Of a stretch of DNA of 64,000 nt, positions 1-9,731 are shown in pieces; position 1 is the first letter of the stretch; each line of letters starts with the position of its first letter. Below the pieces are notes generated by a model. That model was not told where the DNA came from, ran no database searches, and saw only the letters and a list, made by a program, of their open reading frames with translations. The stretch spans positions 39,715-103,714 of the forward strand of contig CAYPOM010000002.1 of assembly GCA_964412505.1 (NCBI GenBank), given 5' to 3'. The stretch is from an uncultured Alphaproteobacteria bacterium (GTDB lineage Bacteria > Pseudomonadota > Alphaproteobacteria > UBA3830 > CAYLKK01). The translations under genes were made by a program, and so were the position numbers.

Positions 1-167
1 GTAGGTGATATTTTAAAATATGCTAGAATATTTCAAAATACATAGTCAGCAATTCAAATCTCGAGCATAGTTTGTTTTTAGCAATTATCTAATAATTACT
101 ATATATTTTGCGACTAGAACTACAATACAAATAAATTGTCTGTATAATTTTTTATCACTGGCCTCTA

Positions 168-404
168 TTACAGCTCGAGAGTATATCGAACGCCACAAAC
201 TGCGTTAGGATGTATATAATCCACCAAATATCTCAACTGTTGGTATAAATTGATTATCTTTTTAATATATTTATCCGCATTTATAAACATATCAGAATTT
301 GTATTAGTCAATATATGCAGCGCTTCTGTATGTTGATTATTTATCGTAATTTTATCTTTGTAACTTAAAGGACTTACACAGCCTCCATCACAACAAAAAT
401 ACAT
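168..404 (-). CDS. hypothetical small protein (78 aa) downstream of ftsH; no recognisable family
   Basis: ORF track only. Cys-containing ends (CCDGGC near the N-terminus, AVCG near the C-terminus). No homology or RBS support that I can verify. Confidence 0.2.
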   Translation of the reverse strand: MYFCCDGGCVSPLSYKDKITINNQHTEALHILTNTNSDMFINADKYIKKIINLYQQLRYLVDYIHPNAVCGVRYTLEL

Positions 405-424
405 TGTAATAATCTCAAGTGATT

Positions 425-2323
425 CTATTTACTATTATCTGACTTAACCTTATCATCCTTAGTCGATGGCATTTTTGTTTTAGATCTTTTTTGGACAGAT
501 CGAGTGGCAACTTTTTTTTCTGCTAAAATTTCACCATTGATTAGCTGTTTTATTTCTTCACCGCTTATTGTTTCTCTTTCTAACAGAGCATTAGCTATTA
601 AATCTAATTCATTTCTATATTTCTTGAGAATATTTTTTGCATTTTTATATGTGTAATCTAAAAGATTACGAATTTCTTCGTCCACTTTTTGCTTTACTTC
701 TTCAGATAAAGCACCATTGCTTGACATCGAATGGCCTAAAAACACATTCTGTTCGCCATCTAATTCTGCATAAGATAAGAATCCTAAATCTTTACCCATC
801 CCCCATTCAATAATCATTCTTCTTGCAATCTTTGTAGCATTTGCAATATCAGACGAGGCTCCAGTCGTAACTTTTTCATTTCCAAAGATCATTTCTTCTG
901 CTATTCTACCGCCAGCAGCCACAGCTAAATTCGCTTCTAACTCCTGTCGAGTCATAGACATTTTATCCTGTTCAGGTAGCCTCATTACCATTCCTAGTGC
1001 TCTCCCTCTCGGAATAATAGTAGCTTTGTGGATCGGATCGGATCCTTCGCTGTGGATAGCAACAACTGCATGCCCAGCCTCATGGTATGCTGTTCTTCTT
1101 TTATCTTCTTCAGACATTAACATTGATTTTCGTTCTGCTCCCATCATAACTTTATCTTTAGCAGATTCAAATTCGTCCATTCCAACTAACTTTTTATTAC
1201 TTCGAGCTGCTAACAATGCTGCTTCATTTACTAAGTTAGCTAAATCAGCACCGGAGAACCCAGGCGTTCCTCTTGCTATTACCAAAGGATCAACATCATC
1301 TGCAAGTTGCGTTTTTTTCATATGGACTGTGAGAATTTTCTCCCTTCCTTTTAAATCCGGTAAAGGAACGACGACTTGTCTGTCAAATCTTCCTGGACGT
1401 AGAAGTGCAGGATCTAAAACATCTGGTCTATTAGTTGCTGAAATAATAATTACTCCATCATTTTCTTCAAATCCATCCATTTCAACTAAAAGTTGGTTCA
1501 ATGTTTGCTCTCTTTCGTCATTCCCACCACCTAAACCAAATCCTCTATGTCTTCCTACGGCATCTATTTCATCTATAAAAATTATGCATGGAGCATTCTT
1601 CTTGCCTTGTTCGAACATATCTCTTACGCGGCTTGCGCCAACACCAACGAACATTTCAACAAATTCAGAACCTGAAATGCTGAAAAACGGAACGCCAGCT
1701 TCACCTGCTATAGCTCTTGCTAATAGCGTTTTTCCTGTACCAGGTGATCCGACTAAAAGAACTCCCCTTGGAATTTTCCCACCAAGTCTTTTGAATTTTG
1801 CTGGAGCTTTCAAAAAATCTACAATTTCACTTAATTCTTCTCTTGCTTCATCTACACCTGCTACATCTTCAAATGTTACAGTTTTTGTATTTTTAGACAA
1901 CTTGGCTTTTGATTTTCCGAAGCTCATAGCTTTCCCACCGCCAACCTGGACTTGCCTCATCATAAATATCCATATTCCGACTAAAATTATTAGAGGTAAC
2001 CATCCTATAAAAATTTGGAAAAATGAAACATTTGCACTATCAGATAAAGAAAGAACTTCAACGTTTTTTTCTATAATTTTATTTGATAATTCCAAATTGT
2101 GTGGAATGTTTGTAGTAAATATTGTTGAATCTTTAAAATTTCCTTCTAAAGTTTGCCCTTTGAAAACTACGCTATTTACCCTACCTGCATCTAATTCAGT
2201 CATAAATTTTGAAAAAGGTATTTCAATCGTTTTTTCTGCACTATACTGCAATGCATGAAAGATAATTGCGATAAAACAACATGCGACGACCCAAACCGTA
2301 ATATTCTTATAATTTTTATTCAT
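425..2323 (-). CDS. ftsH: ATP-dependent zinc metalloprotease FtsH
   Basis: N-terminal TM segments, AAA+ Walker A GSPGTGKT, Walker B IIFIDEID, zinc motif HEAGH, typical length of 632 aa. Confidence 0.97.
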   Translation of the reverse strand: MNKNYKNITVWVVACCFIAIIFHALQYSAEKTIEIPFSKFMTELDAGRVNSVVFKGQTLEGNFKDSTIFTTNIPHNLELSNKIIEKNVEVLSLSDSANVSFFQIFIGWLPLIILVGIWIFMMRQVQVGGGKAMSFGKSKAKLSKNTKTVTFEDVAGVDEAREELSEIVDFLKAPAKFKRLGGKIPRGVLLVGSPGTGKTLLARAIAGEAGVPFFSISGSEFVEMFVGVGASRVRDMFEQGKKNAPCIIFIDEIDAVGRHRGFGLGGGNDEREQTLNQLLVEMDGFEENDGVIIISATNRPDVLDPALLRPGRFDRQVVVPLPDLKGREKILTVHMKKTQLADDVDPLVIARGTPGFSGADLANLVNEAALLAARSNKKLVGMDEFESAKDKVMMGAERKSMLMSEEDKRRTAYHEAGHAVVAIHSEGSDPIHKATIIPRGRALGMVMRLPEQDKMSMTRQELEANLAVAAGGRIAEEMIFGNEKVTTGASSDIANATKIARRMIIEWGMGKDLGFLSYAELDGEQNVFLGHSMSSNGALSEEVKQKVDEEIRNLLDYTYKNAKNILKKYRNELDLIANALLERETISGEEIKQLINGEILAEKKVATRSVQKRSKTKMPSTKDDKVKSDNSK

Positions 2324-3600
2324 AAAATACCTCCATCATATTCGACACATGAGAAAATCGACAGAAAGTCAACATCTTGAACAAACTGAAAATCTATTAA
2401 ACCCGAGCGTTCACTAACATTGTACAAATATACCATTTTTTTATCAATCCACAAAGATGGAAGTGTTACAGTTATGTACGACGGGCTGTCATCTGCCAAA
2501 ACGACATATTGATCAAAATGTTTTATATAACTGTCATTCGATAAAATTCGTTCATCACGGACTTCAAATCTAAATCTATTGTCCCAAATGCCAGATTTAC
2601 TAGAAATTTTAATTATGTCTAAATTCCTATTTTCTCGAAAAATTCTAATTTTATCTTTCAACTTTTTAATAATACATTTTCCAACATTGATTGAATTATT
2701 TCGTTTTAATGTTGATAAAACAGTTTTGCAATTATTTAATGATTTTGTATATTCTTGTCTTCCTACTAATTTTATACAACGTTTTAAAATATTACATTTT
2801 ATATTTTCATCTAATCTATCAAAAGCATCAATATTTAGATCGACAAATCCATATTCATTTATCTTGCTGTAATTTTTCAAAAATTCAACAGCTTTTGTTT
2901 CTATAGAATTTCGTTCTACTCCACGCAATCTGATTTCATCAAACATAGCTTGTTTTTGGGCATGCCTTAAACTGCATATAAATTTTCTTTTTCTGACCCT
3001 TAAAAAATCTTCATTAGAATTCATCGGATCTTCTACCCATGTTTCTCCAATACTATTTAGATGAGATTTTATAAACTGCTTTGTAAAAGGCAAGCAAGGA
3101 CGGATTACTTTTATTTCATCAGAAATATTGCGTGCTTCGCTCATACAAGCTAACCCAGGTAAATCACTTTTTTTCTCTTTCCTAATTAGGTATGTCTCTA
3201 TTTGTTCATCAAGGTTGTGTCCTACTAGTAAAATTTTTGATTTTAAAGTTGTGCATGCATCTGCTAGTAGTTCATATCTAGCTTTTCTCGCCATTTCTTC
3301 TATTTGTCCAGCAGGAATATCTCCATGTTCCCAATTTTTGATAATATGACTCGTGCAATATTTCTCAGCTATTTTACCTACATTCAATGCTTCATCATAC
3401 GACTCTTCTCTTAGATTGTGATCAACAGTGACAGCATACAAATCTTTACATTTTGCTTTGCACCATTCAGATGCAAACACCATCATGAATAATGAATCTG
3501 CTCCACCTGAAAATGCTACTACTAAATTTTGCTCTGTTCCTGCATATTTTTCTAGAACTGAAAAAATGTGTTTTTTAGCTAAAAAAATATTACTTGTCAT
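2320..3600 (-). CDS. tilS: tRNA(Ile)-lysidine synthase TilS
   Basis: PP-loop motif VAFSGGADS near the N-terminus, 426 aa. Its stop overlaps the ftsH start. The tilS-ftsH order is conserved in alphaproteobacteria. Confidence 0.9.
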   Translation of the reverse strand: MTSNIFLAKKHIFSVLEKYAGTEQNLVVAFSGGADSLFMMVFASEWCKAKCKDLYAVTVDHNLREESYDEALNVGKIAEKYCTSHIIKNWEHGDIPAGQIEEMARKARYELLADACTTLKSKILLVGHNLDEQIETYLIRKEKKSDLPGLACMSEARNISDEIKVIRPCLPFTKQFIKSHLNSIGETWVEDPMNSNEDFLRVRKRKFICSLRHAQKQAMFDEIRLRGVERNSIETKAVEFLKNYSKINEYGFVDLNIDAFDRLDENIKCNILKRCIKLVGRQEYTKSLNNCKTVLSTLKRNNSINVGKCIIKKLKDKIRIFRENRNLDIIKISSKSGIWDNRFRFEVRDERILSNDSYIKHFDQYVVLADDSPSYITVTLPSLWIDKKMVYLYNVSERSGLIDFQFVQDVDFLSIFSCVEYDGGIL

Positions 3601-4246
3601 TATGTTTTAATTTTTTTAAAGCTTTTTCTGCTTTATTAACAAAATCAGTTTTATCTGCGTAGTTATCTATTAGCCTTTTATACAAGCACTTTGCCGCATC
3701 TTTTTTACCAGGTATACCCTCTGATAGATTCGCCGCGAAAAACAACGCTTCATGAGCCTTTGCTCCATTAGGCCTTTCTTTTACACATAGCAGGTAAGCT
3801 TTTACTGCCTTATTTTTATTTAGACTTAATTCATAAGCTCGTCCCAAAAAGAAATAAGCTTGGCCTCTATATATATCTTCTTTATAGTCTAATAGAAATT
3901 GTTCTAATAGTGCAATTGCTTCTTTATACTTTTTTTGTTTTATGAGATTATCACATGAATCTATAATTTCTTTAGATGACTGTACGTTTTTTTTCTCTAT
4001 TTCAAATTTAGATTTTTCTTCAAGTTTGATCTTCTCTTCTTCATACCTATGCATCTGCTGTTCTAAATATTCTATTCTAGCAATATTTTTTTTTATACAT
4101 GATTCTGCAGATTCTAATTTCCCATGAATTTCTTTAATTGTTTCTTCTAAATCATTAAGTCTATCTATAAGTTCATTGCTATTTAACGCGAAACTATAGA
4201 AACAAAAACAACATGACAAAGCTACAAAACACTTTCTATAAATCAT
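3590..4246 (-). CDS. cpoB: Tol-Pal-associated periplasmic coiled-coil/TPR protein (CpoB/YbgF-like)
   Basis: Signal peptide, then an N-terminal coiled coil (LEETIKEIHGKLESAE...) and C-terminal TPR-like repeats (AYFFLGRAYE, ALFFAANL). It sits immediately upstream of tilS-ftsH, as in alphaproteobacterial tol-pal clusters. Confidence 0.55.
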   Translation of the reverse strand: MIYRKCFVALSCCFCFYSFALNSNELIDRLNDLEETIKEIHGKLESAESCIKKNIARIEYLEQQMHRYEEEKIKLEEKSKFEIEKKNVQSSKEIIDSCDNLIKQKKYKEAIALLEQFLLDYKEDIYRGQAYFFLGRAYELSLNKNKAVKAYLLCVKERPNGAKAHEALFFAANLSEGIPGKKDAAKCLYKRLIDNYADKTDFVNKAEKALKKLKHNDK

Positions 4247-4261
4247 ACGACCTCATAGTAT

Positions 4262-4780
4262 TTATTCACAACTTACACCACATACATCTGCTCTGCGCAC
4301 CCAACCTTTTAATCCATTAATCTGAATTTTTACGAAATCTTTATTAGTATTGTTTATCACAATTCCTACAACGCCCTTTTCTAATCTAGCGATTTTTACA
4401 GACGAATTCTTCGGTGATTTATATAGAACAGAATAATTCTTTAGCACAAAAATAGATTTTCTTTTCGATAGTAAACGTTTGTGCACCCAACTTTTTGAGC
4501 TTTCATGATCTTGGATTCTGTACCAATCGTTATATTTTGTTATTACCTTTACTGGTAGATACTTTCGTTTATATACATATACGACAGGATACTCTTCTCC
4601 AGGTCCTATCCTTGCATTAACTATGTGCGAACCCAAGCTAATTTCTGAGTTTTCATCTATTAAAGCTGTGTCTGAAAAGCAACAGCACACAGTTGTCAAA
4701 AATAAAAAAGCTGTAATTAAACGAAAAACACACATTATCAAACGCAAAAAAAACAGTGTCACTATATCACAAATGGACAT
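4262..4780 (-). CDS. SH3-like domain protein (DUF1058 type) with N-terminal hydrophobic anchor or signal
   Basis: Two SH3b-like halves: VNARIGPGEEYPVVYVYKRKYLPVKVITKYNDWYRIQD...WVHKRLL and ...VKIQINGLKGWVRRADVCGV. This matches the pattern of the alphaproteobacterial DUF1058 family. An alternative start is M16 at 4735. Confidence 0.6.
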   Translation of the reverse strand: MSICDIVTLFFLRLIMCVFRLITAFLFLTTVCCCFSDTALIDENSEISLGSHIVNARIGPGEEYPVVYVYKRKYLPVKVITKYNDWYRIQDHESSKSWVHKRLLSKRKSIFVLKNYSVLYKSPKNSSVKIARLEKGVVGIVINNTNKDFVKIQINGLKGWVRRADVCGVSCE

Positions 4781-4979
4781 ATTATAACTACCGGTTTATT
4801 ACAAAAATATTAATTCTGCAGATTAAAAAAAGAAGTCAAATGGAGTAATTGCTAGGAAAGTTGAGAGATTTGGTGTTATTGATATATTATTCAAATTTTT
4901 TTAAAGGATCACTTTACTATGAGAGTAATATATTAAAAAGAGTAGAAAGTACAGCTATTTATCAATAGAATAACGGTGC

Positions 4980-5102
4980 ATGATAGATGCGTTTTGTGTG
5001 ATTGGAATGTCTATTTATAGAATAGCAGAACATTTGAAGCACACTAAATCAACTGTTTCAGAAGAAATCATTTTGGTTATTGCTTTAATGTGCAATATAT
5101 AA
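4980..5102 (+). pseudogene. possible relic of an IS30-family transposase N-terminal helix-turn-helix (40 codons)
   Basis: The short ORF MIDAFCVIGMSIYRIAEHLKHTKSTVSEEI... resembles the second HTH of IS30-type transposases (..MSIRAIAxxLxRSPSTISREV..). It lies in the longest non-coding gap of the window. No DDE domain or inverted repeats were found. Confidence 0.3.
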
Positions 5103-5116
5103 GAGAAACAAATGCT

Positions 5117-6322
5117 TCAGTTTACTTTCTTGTTTTTTATGATAATAAAGCTATATAAAAGCATACAAGAAATAGCACAACACAATGTAGATACCCCATA
5201 TGACATACATATTCCGTATTTTTCGGATACGACACCAGAGATATAACTTGCAATCATCCCAGCAATACCACTTACAAGATTTAACAGCCCTATCGCACTT
5301 CCAAGAATTTTCTTATCTACCATATCAGAAATACATGCTACAGAAACAATTTGTGAAGAAGCCCTTTGGATGCCCCAAAAAAACACGCCTACAACACCAA
5401 AGATTGCAACTCCGCTCCAAAAACAAGTGGTTGAAATACATAATGCTAAAAATGAAATTAAAAGCACCTTCTCTCTTCCTAACTTATCTGATAAAAACCC
5501 TGCTGGATAAGATACAAAGACAGACACAAGATTAAAAAATCCTATAGCACCAGAACAAAACCATTGAGGCAATCCACTATCTTTTAAATTCAGTAAAAGG
5601 TAGCATTCAGGGGCTCTAGCAAGCATAAAGAAAAACATAATTCCTAGGAAGGACCAAAATCTTGAATTTAAATTTAAAAGAAATTTTATATTAAAAGTTG
5701 ACTTAGATGAAGTATAAGCCGGTTCTTCTTTAATATACGCTGCAGCTATATAAACTGCTAAAAAAGCTGGAATTGTCGTGAAAAGCAAAAGAGACTTTAT
5801 GTATTCGCTACTATCACCATAAAACCATGTTGCGCCCATAACAATAAATGGTCCCATGACGCACCCTATTGTTTTAAAAGTCATAGTCAAGCCTATATTC
5901 GCCCCTTTTTCTCCTTCTGTAGAACTCAATGCTACATATTGATCTCTAGGAGTTGCACTAAGCCCATTACCTAACCTATCTGATATTTTAGATGCAATAA
6001 CAAGTCCTGGGCCACTCGCAAAAAGCAATAATGGTTTAGCTAAAAATGAGCAAAATGTTCCAACGATATACATTGGCTTACAGCGTCCCATTTTGTCACA
6101 GACAAAACCAGCAAATAATCTAGAAAACTGAGACAAAGATTCTGTCACAGCTTCGATCATTCCTATTGTTTTTATATTAATTCCTAAAACATCATGTAAA
6201 AAAAATGGAGTAATAGAAAAAGCTGCCGTTGTTGAAATCGCAACTAACAATGTAGATACGCCAACAGCTAAAATGCCAGATTTAATAGATCGAAATGCGG
6301 CTAAGAAAAGAGGCAATGACAT
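5117..6322 (-). CDS. MFS transporter
   Basis: 401 aa with about 12 predicted hydrophobic helices. MFS-like loop motifs are present (DKMGRCKP, SDKLGREK). Confidence 0.8.
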   Translation of the reverse strand: MSLPLFLAAFRSIKSGILAVGVSTLLVAISTTAAFSITPFFLHDVLGINIKTIGMIEAVTESLSQFSRLFAGFVCDKMGRCKPMYIVGTFCSFLAKPLLLFASGPGLVIASKISDRLGNGLSATPRDQYVALSSTEGEKGANIGLTMTFKTIGCVMGPFIVMGATWFYGDSSEYIKSLLLFTTIPAFLAVYIAAAYIKEEPAYTSSKSTFNIKFLLNLNSRFWSFLGIMFFFMLARAPECYLLLNLKDSGLPQWFCSGAIGFFNLVSVFVSYPAGFLSDKLGREKVLLISFLALCISTTCFWSGVAIFGVVGVFFWGIQRASSQIVSVACISDMVDKKILGSAIGLLNLVSGIAGMIASYISGVVSEKYGICMSYGVSTLCCAISCMLLYSFIIIKNKKVN

Positions 6323-6934
6323 TTAATTCGCAGATCCACGTGGATTATACTCAATTAATTCTATATAAGACACAACTTTTTTTACGCATGATGTAGACCT
6401 AGCTATATTCACAACAGCATTTAACTCTAATTGCGTTTCTGCGGTACCTAAAATGTACACTATACCATTATATGTTGTTATGTTGAAATTTAAACAATGT
6501 ATATTACCATCGACAGCCATCGCAGATTTCACCCTAGAAGTTATCCACGAATCTTTTGCAGCAGTGTCAGTAGACTGCGTATGCCCAATTTTTATAGCGT
6601 CTATTACTTCTACTACTTTAGAAATATCTTTCGCTATTGCGACACATTCTGCCGCTTGAGAGCTATCATCGACAAAACCTACTAGAAGAACTCTAGCATG
6701 TTTTACAACTATTTCAACCTTACCTGAGAGTTTTTTACTCTGAAACTTATTGTTGATTTGCAATTTTATCCAATTATCCAAAACACTTCCAGAAACTCCT
6801 TCTCTGTTTCTCATTGAAACACTCGCTATACCAGCTCCTCCACAAATAATTAAAGGGGCACAAGAAGTAAATAACAAACAGAATAGTACTATTAAACACG
6901 CACTATACAGAACTTTCTTTAAACACACAAACAT
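6323..6934 (-). CDS. BON-domain lipoprotein (OsmY/DolP-like)
   Basis: Two BON-like modules (KVEIVVKHARVLLVGFV... and NFNITTYNGIVYILGTAET...). The start is taken at MFVCLKK..LFTSC, which gives a signal peptide plus lipobox. The longest ORF extends to 7081. Confidence 0.6.
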   Translation of the reverse strand: MFVCLKKVLYSACLIVLFCLLFTSCAPLIICGGAGIASVSMRNREGVSGSVLDNWIKLQINNKFQSKKLSGKVEIVVKHARVLLVGFVDDSSQAAECVAIAKDISKVVEVIDAIKIGHTQSTDTAAKDSWITSRVKSAMAVDGNIHCLNFNITTYNGIVYILGTAETQLELNAVVNIARSTSCVKKVVSYIELIEYNPRGSAN

Positions 6935-7095
6935 CGAACTTCGAACCAAAACACGCTTAATTGTATTACAAAATATCAATAAAAACAAAGCATATAAGTC
7001 AATCCAGCAGCTTAAAAAAATATGAAAGTCTATAAGTTCAAACTTAAGAACATTGACTGATATATGTTTGCAATGTATCATAGTTATATACTTTT

Positions 7096-7671
7096 GTGAG
7101 CTTTAAATTGGATTCTGTTCAAAATATTATTGCAACTTATGGGTACTATGCAGTATTTTTCTTTGCGTGTATAGAGGGAGAAGTAGCACTACTAACAGCA
7201 GGCTTCTTGTGTAAATATGGATATTTGTCTTTACCTTATGTCATATTAACAGCTTTTCTCGGAACAGTTATATTCGAACAGTTTGTATATTCTACAGGAA
7301 GAGTATATGGAAAAAAAATTGTAAAAGGATTCCCCAGATTTGAAGATAAAGTTAGGCGCGCAATGGCGTTTCTGAGAAAGTATAATACTACTTTTATTCT
7401 TATGTACAGATTCATATACGGTATTAGAAATATTAGCCCATTAGTAATCGGTATGGCACGTGTTCCAAAATGGAAATATCTAATTTTAAATATTTCAGCA
7501 TCTGCTATATGGGCATGTTCAATTGCTCCTCTAGGATATTTATTTGCAAACATCCTAGAAGAAACGTCATCAGGAATGCAGATATTTCAAAAGCTATTGT
7601 TTGTCATTTTCTTTGGTACGACACTATCGTTTATAGCAGCTTATTATCTAAGACAAAGAAACAAAAAGTAG
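7096..7671 (+). CDS. DedA family membrane protein
   Basis: GTG start. N-terminal YGYYAVFFFACIEGEVALLTAGFL and the central FIYGIRNISPLVIGM are typical of DedA/SNARE-associated family proteins. 191 aa. Confidence 0.8.
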   Translation: MSFKLDSVQNIIATYGYYAVFFFACIEGEVALLTAGFLCKYGYLSLPYVILTAFLGTVIFEQFVYSTGRVYGKKIVKGFPRFEDKVRRAMAFLRKYNTTFILMYRFIYGIRNISPLVIGMARVPKWKYLILNISASAIWACSIAPLGYLFANILEETSSGMQIFQKLLFVIFFGTTLSFIAAYYLRQRNKK

Positions 7672-7679
7672 CTCTCTAC

Positions 7680-9545
7680 CTACCAAAACAAATCTACAGT
7701 ACGATCATAACGCAGCATGAGGTCTATTTGGAATGCAGCCCCACTTAAATACCGCTCAAGCCAATTAAGATATCTCTCATCATTAGCTTCCTCCATGGAT
7801 GTCTTGTCAATTAGTGTTTGATCGTCGAGTGGTATTATATGGCACCACTTGCCGTACTGATAATATTTATCAAAATACTTAGTATAGATACAACGCCTAG
7901 CTTTAAATATAAAATCTTTCTGTTCCATAGAGATGAATTTACTAACATCAATGTCTTTAAAATTGTTTAGATCATAGTGAGCATCCAATAAGCGTAGTGA
8001 TGATAGGTAAGATGCATACTTGATAATTATGTCTAATCTAGCCTTAAATACAGTATTAAATGTATACGGATCATTTCTGATTAATTTAGCTATTGACTGT
8101 ATATCAGAAAAAGAACTATGCAAGGATCCTACAAAAAAGCAAAGACATGATGCTGTTTCACGAATTTTTTTAAATCTACCTTTAAGCTCATCGATGAAAT
8201 TTTCTGCTAATTTATTAGTTTTATTTACATATAAAACATCAAGCTGCCTAATTCGAGTTTTCATTGAATTTTCTATTGCGCTCAATTCTTTCTTGCTATC
8301 TTCAAGATATGTGTTAAGAAGTTCATACATGACTATATCGTTAGTGCAATAATCTTTCTTAGATTCCCTTCTGTTTGTAAAGATATTAAACGCATTTTTC
8401 TGCGATAAAAAAAATTCACCTGGTTCATTTTCCTGTATAGATGCTCCAGTATATTTGTTTTTTAAAACCATCAGTCCATTTTCAAGATTATGCCGATCTT
8501 TTATTCGTTCATCCCTAACGAAAGAATCAAACTCATGCCCAAGTAATGAAATCACAGTCCATTGCGGCAATTGAGAATAAGCTAACCATATACTATAAAG
8601 ATACGAGCTCCGCTTAACATTCTTAGCTAATGGGTAATATTTCGCATGTTTGCTTGCATAAGAAGACGCTATTGATCCAAACATCGCGACTAAAAATCTT
8701 TGAGCATTTGTCATAGCAGAATTTGACGTGATCCATGGTACTTGAGTAAAAACTAAATCATACCCATCCTTATTAACTCCTTGAATAATTGATTTTTCAC
8801 ATATATTATTGTTCCCAAGAGCTGCAAATAGCCAAATAAATGTCTGCAAAAAGTCACATCCCCAAAATCCACAATGATACGTATAACGCAGTGCAAAACA
8901 AATATAACCCTTTATATCATCACTTAAACCAAAATTACAAAACGCTTCATTGCTAATTCTAGAATCTAGTGCTCTTTCTGAACTTTTATCATACGCAATT
9001 TTTCCTATCTTCCTTATATTTTTTTTTATTATCTGTAAAACGCTTTCATCACTTGGGTATAAACCTCTTACAGAACATACATCATAGCAAAATTGCGCAC
9101 TAGTCTGTGGGCACATTACACATAATCCTGATGCGTATACACCACACGACAAAGCATTCCGTATATCTAGATTGAAATCATCATAATCTTGAACTCCAAA
9201 CTTATAAAATGGTTTATAATCGTATATTGTAAAACTACAATGCTGTATGTCTGTTTTCATTAATTTACTGTATTCTTCAATTAAACGCTGATCTTCTGTC
9301 GAGGCTGTGTTAAAATGTATAGGACAATCTTTCTCTTGCGAGCTTTCTACTAACTCAATTTCTTGTTTCACTCTTGTTAGTGCCTTCGCTAAATCTTGTC
9401 CGATTAATTTACTTACTTCTTTTTCAAAGGCTTGTGCATAAATTCTATTTCCAGATGCATAATTACTTACTTTTTTACTAGACTGCATAGGAAACGCGCA
9501 ATCGTATGCTAACAAACATGCGCATAAAAAATACTTTTTAATCAT
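7680..9545 (-). CDS. hypothetical protein, 621 aa, hydrophobic signal-like N-terminus, Cys-rich, no recognised domain
   Basis: Long uninterrupted ORF. The N-terminus MIKKYFLCACLLAYDCAF looks like a signal peptide. A coiled-coil-like stretch lies in the C-terminal third. I recognise no family motifs. Confidence 0.6.
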   Translation of the reverse strand: MIKKYFLCACLLAYDCAFPMQSSKKVSNYASGNRIYAQAFEKEVSKLIGQDLAKALTRVKQEIELVESSQEKDCPIHFNTASTEDQRLIEEYSKLMKTDIQHCSFTIYDYKPFYKFGVQDYDDFNLDIRNALSCGVYASGLCVMCPQTSAQFCYDVCSVRGLYPSDESVLQIIKKNIRKIGKIAYDKSSERALDSRISNEAFCNFGLSDDIKGYICFALRYTYHCGFWGCDFLQTFIWLFAALGNNNICEKSIIQGVNKDGYDLVFTQVPWITSNSAMTNAQRFLVAMFGSIASSYASKHAKYYPLAKNVKRSSYLYSIWLAYSQLPQWTVISLLGHEFDSFVRDERIKDRHNLENGLMVLKNKYTGASIQENEPGEFFLSQKNAFNIFTNRRESKKDYCTNDIVMYELLNTYLEDSKKELSAIENSMKTRIRQLDVLYVNKTNKLAENFIDELKGRFKKIRETASCLCFFVGSLHSSFSDIQSIAKLIRNDPYTFNTVFKARLDIIIKYASYLSSLRLLDAHYDLNNFKDIDVSKFISMEQKDFIFKARRCIYTKYFDKYYQYGKWCHIIPLDDQTLIDKTSMEEANDERYLNWLERYLSGAAFQIDLMLRYDRTVDLFW

Positions 9546-9731
9546 AACAAAAAACCAAAAATAATTTCATTATCTCGGGATTAATGCATTCTTAATATCT
9601 TTATAGAAAAAATTGATGAAAATTACATTGAACTGTTTTGTTTCTTACATTGCATTATCCATTAAATGCTAGTTGTTTTAAATAAAAATATGGATATATA
9701 AAGTAAAAAAATACAAATTTTCTTGATTATT

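Noticed and set aside
1026-2258. 410-aa ORF antisense to ftsH
   Set aside because: It is fully contained within, and opposite to, a strongly supported conserved gene. Its translation is low-complexity (S/P/L/I-rich) with no motifs. This is a typical shadow ORF.
6541-6549. DnaA-box-like TTATCCACG, and the presence of gyrB, as hints of a replication origin
   Set aside because: There is only one near-consensus box, and it lies inside the BON-domain coding sequence. There is no cluster of boxes, no AT-rich unwinding element context, and no dnaA, dnaN or hemE neighbourhood.
7680-9545. GHEFD in the 621-aa orphan as a possible zinc-metalloprotease motif, and FGSIAS as a lipase nucleophile elbow
   Set aside because: Neither fits the required pattern. 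It is HExD rather than HExxH, and G-S-I-A-S rather than GxSxG. No catalytic assignment is justified.
9583-9590. The AATGCATT palindrome occurs upstream of the 621-aa orphan gene and also upstream of the KimA-like gene (32986 and 33021), suggesting a shared operator
   Set aside because: The same 8-mer also occurs repeatedly inside coding sequence, as AAA-TGC-ATT, at about 20963, 46188, 53827 and 60916. Single occurrences are therefore not informative. Only the local TGCAT cluster at 32984..33077 was kept.
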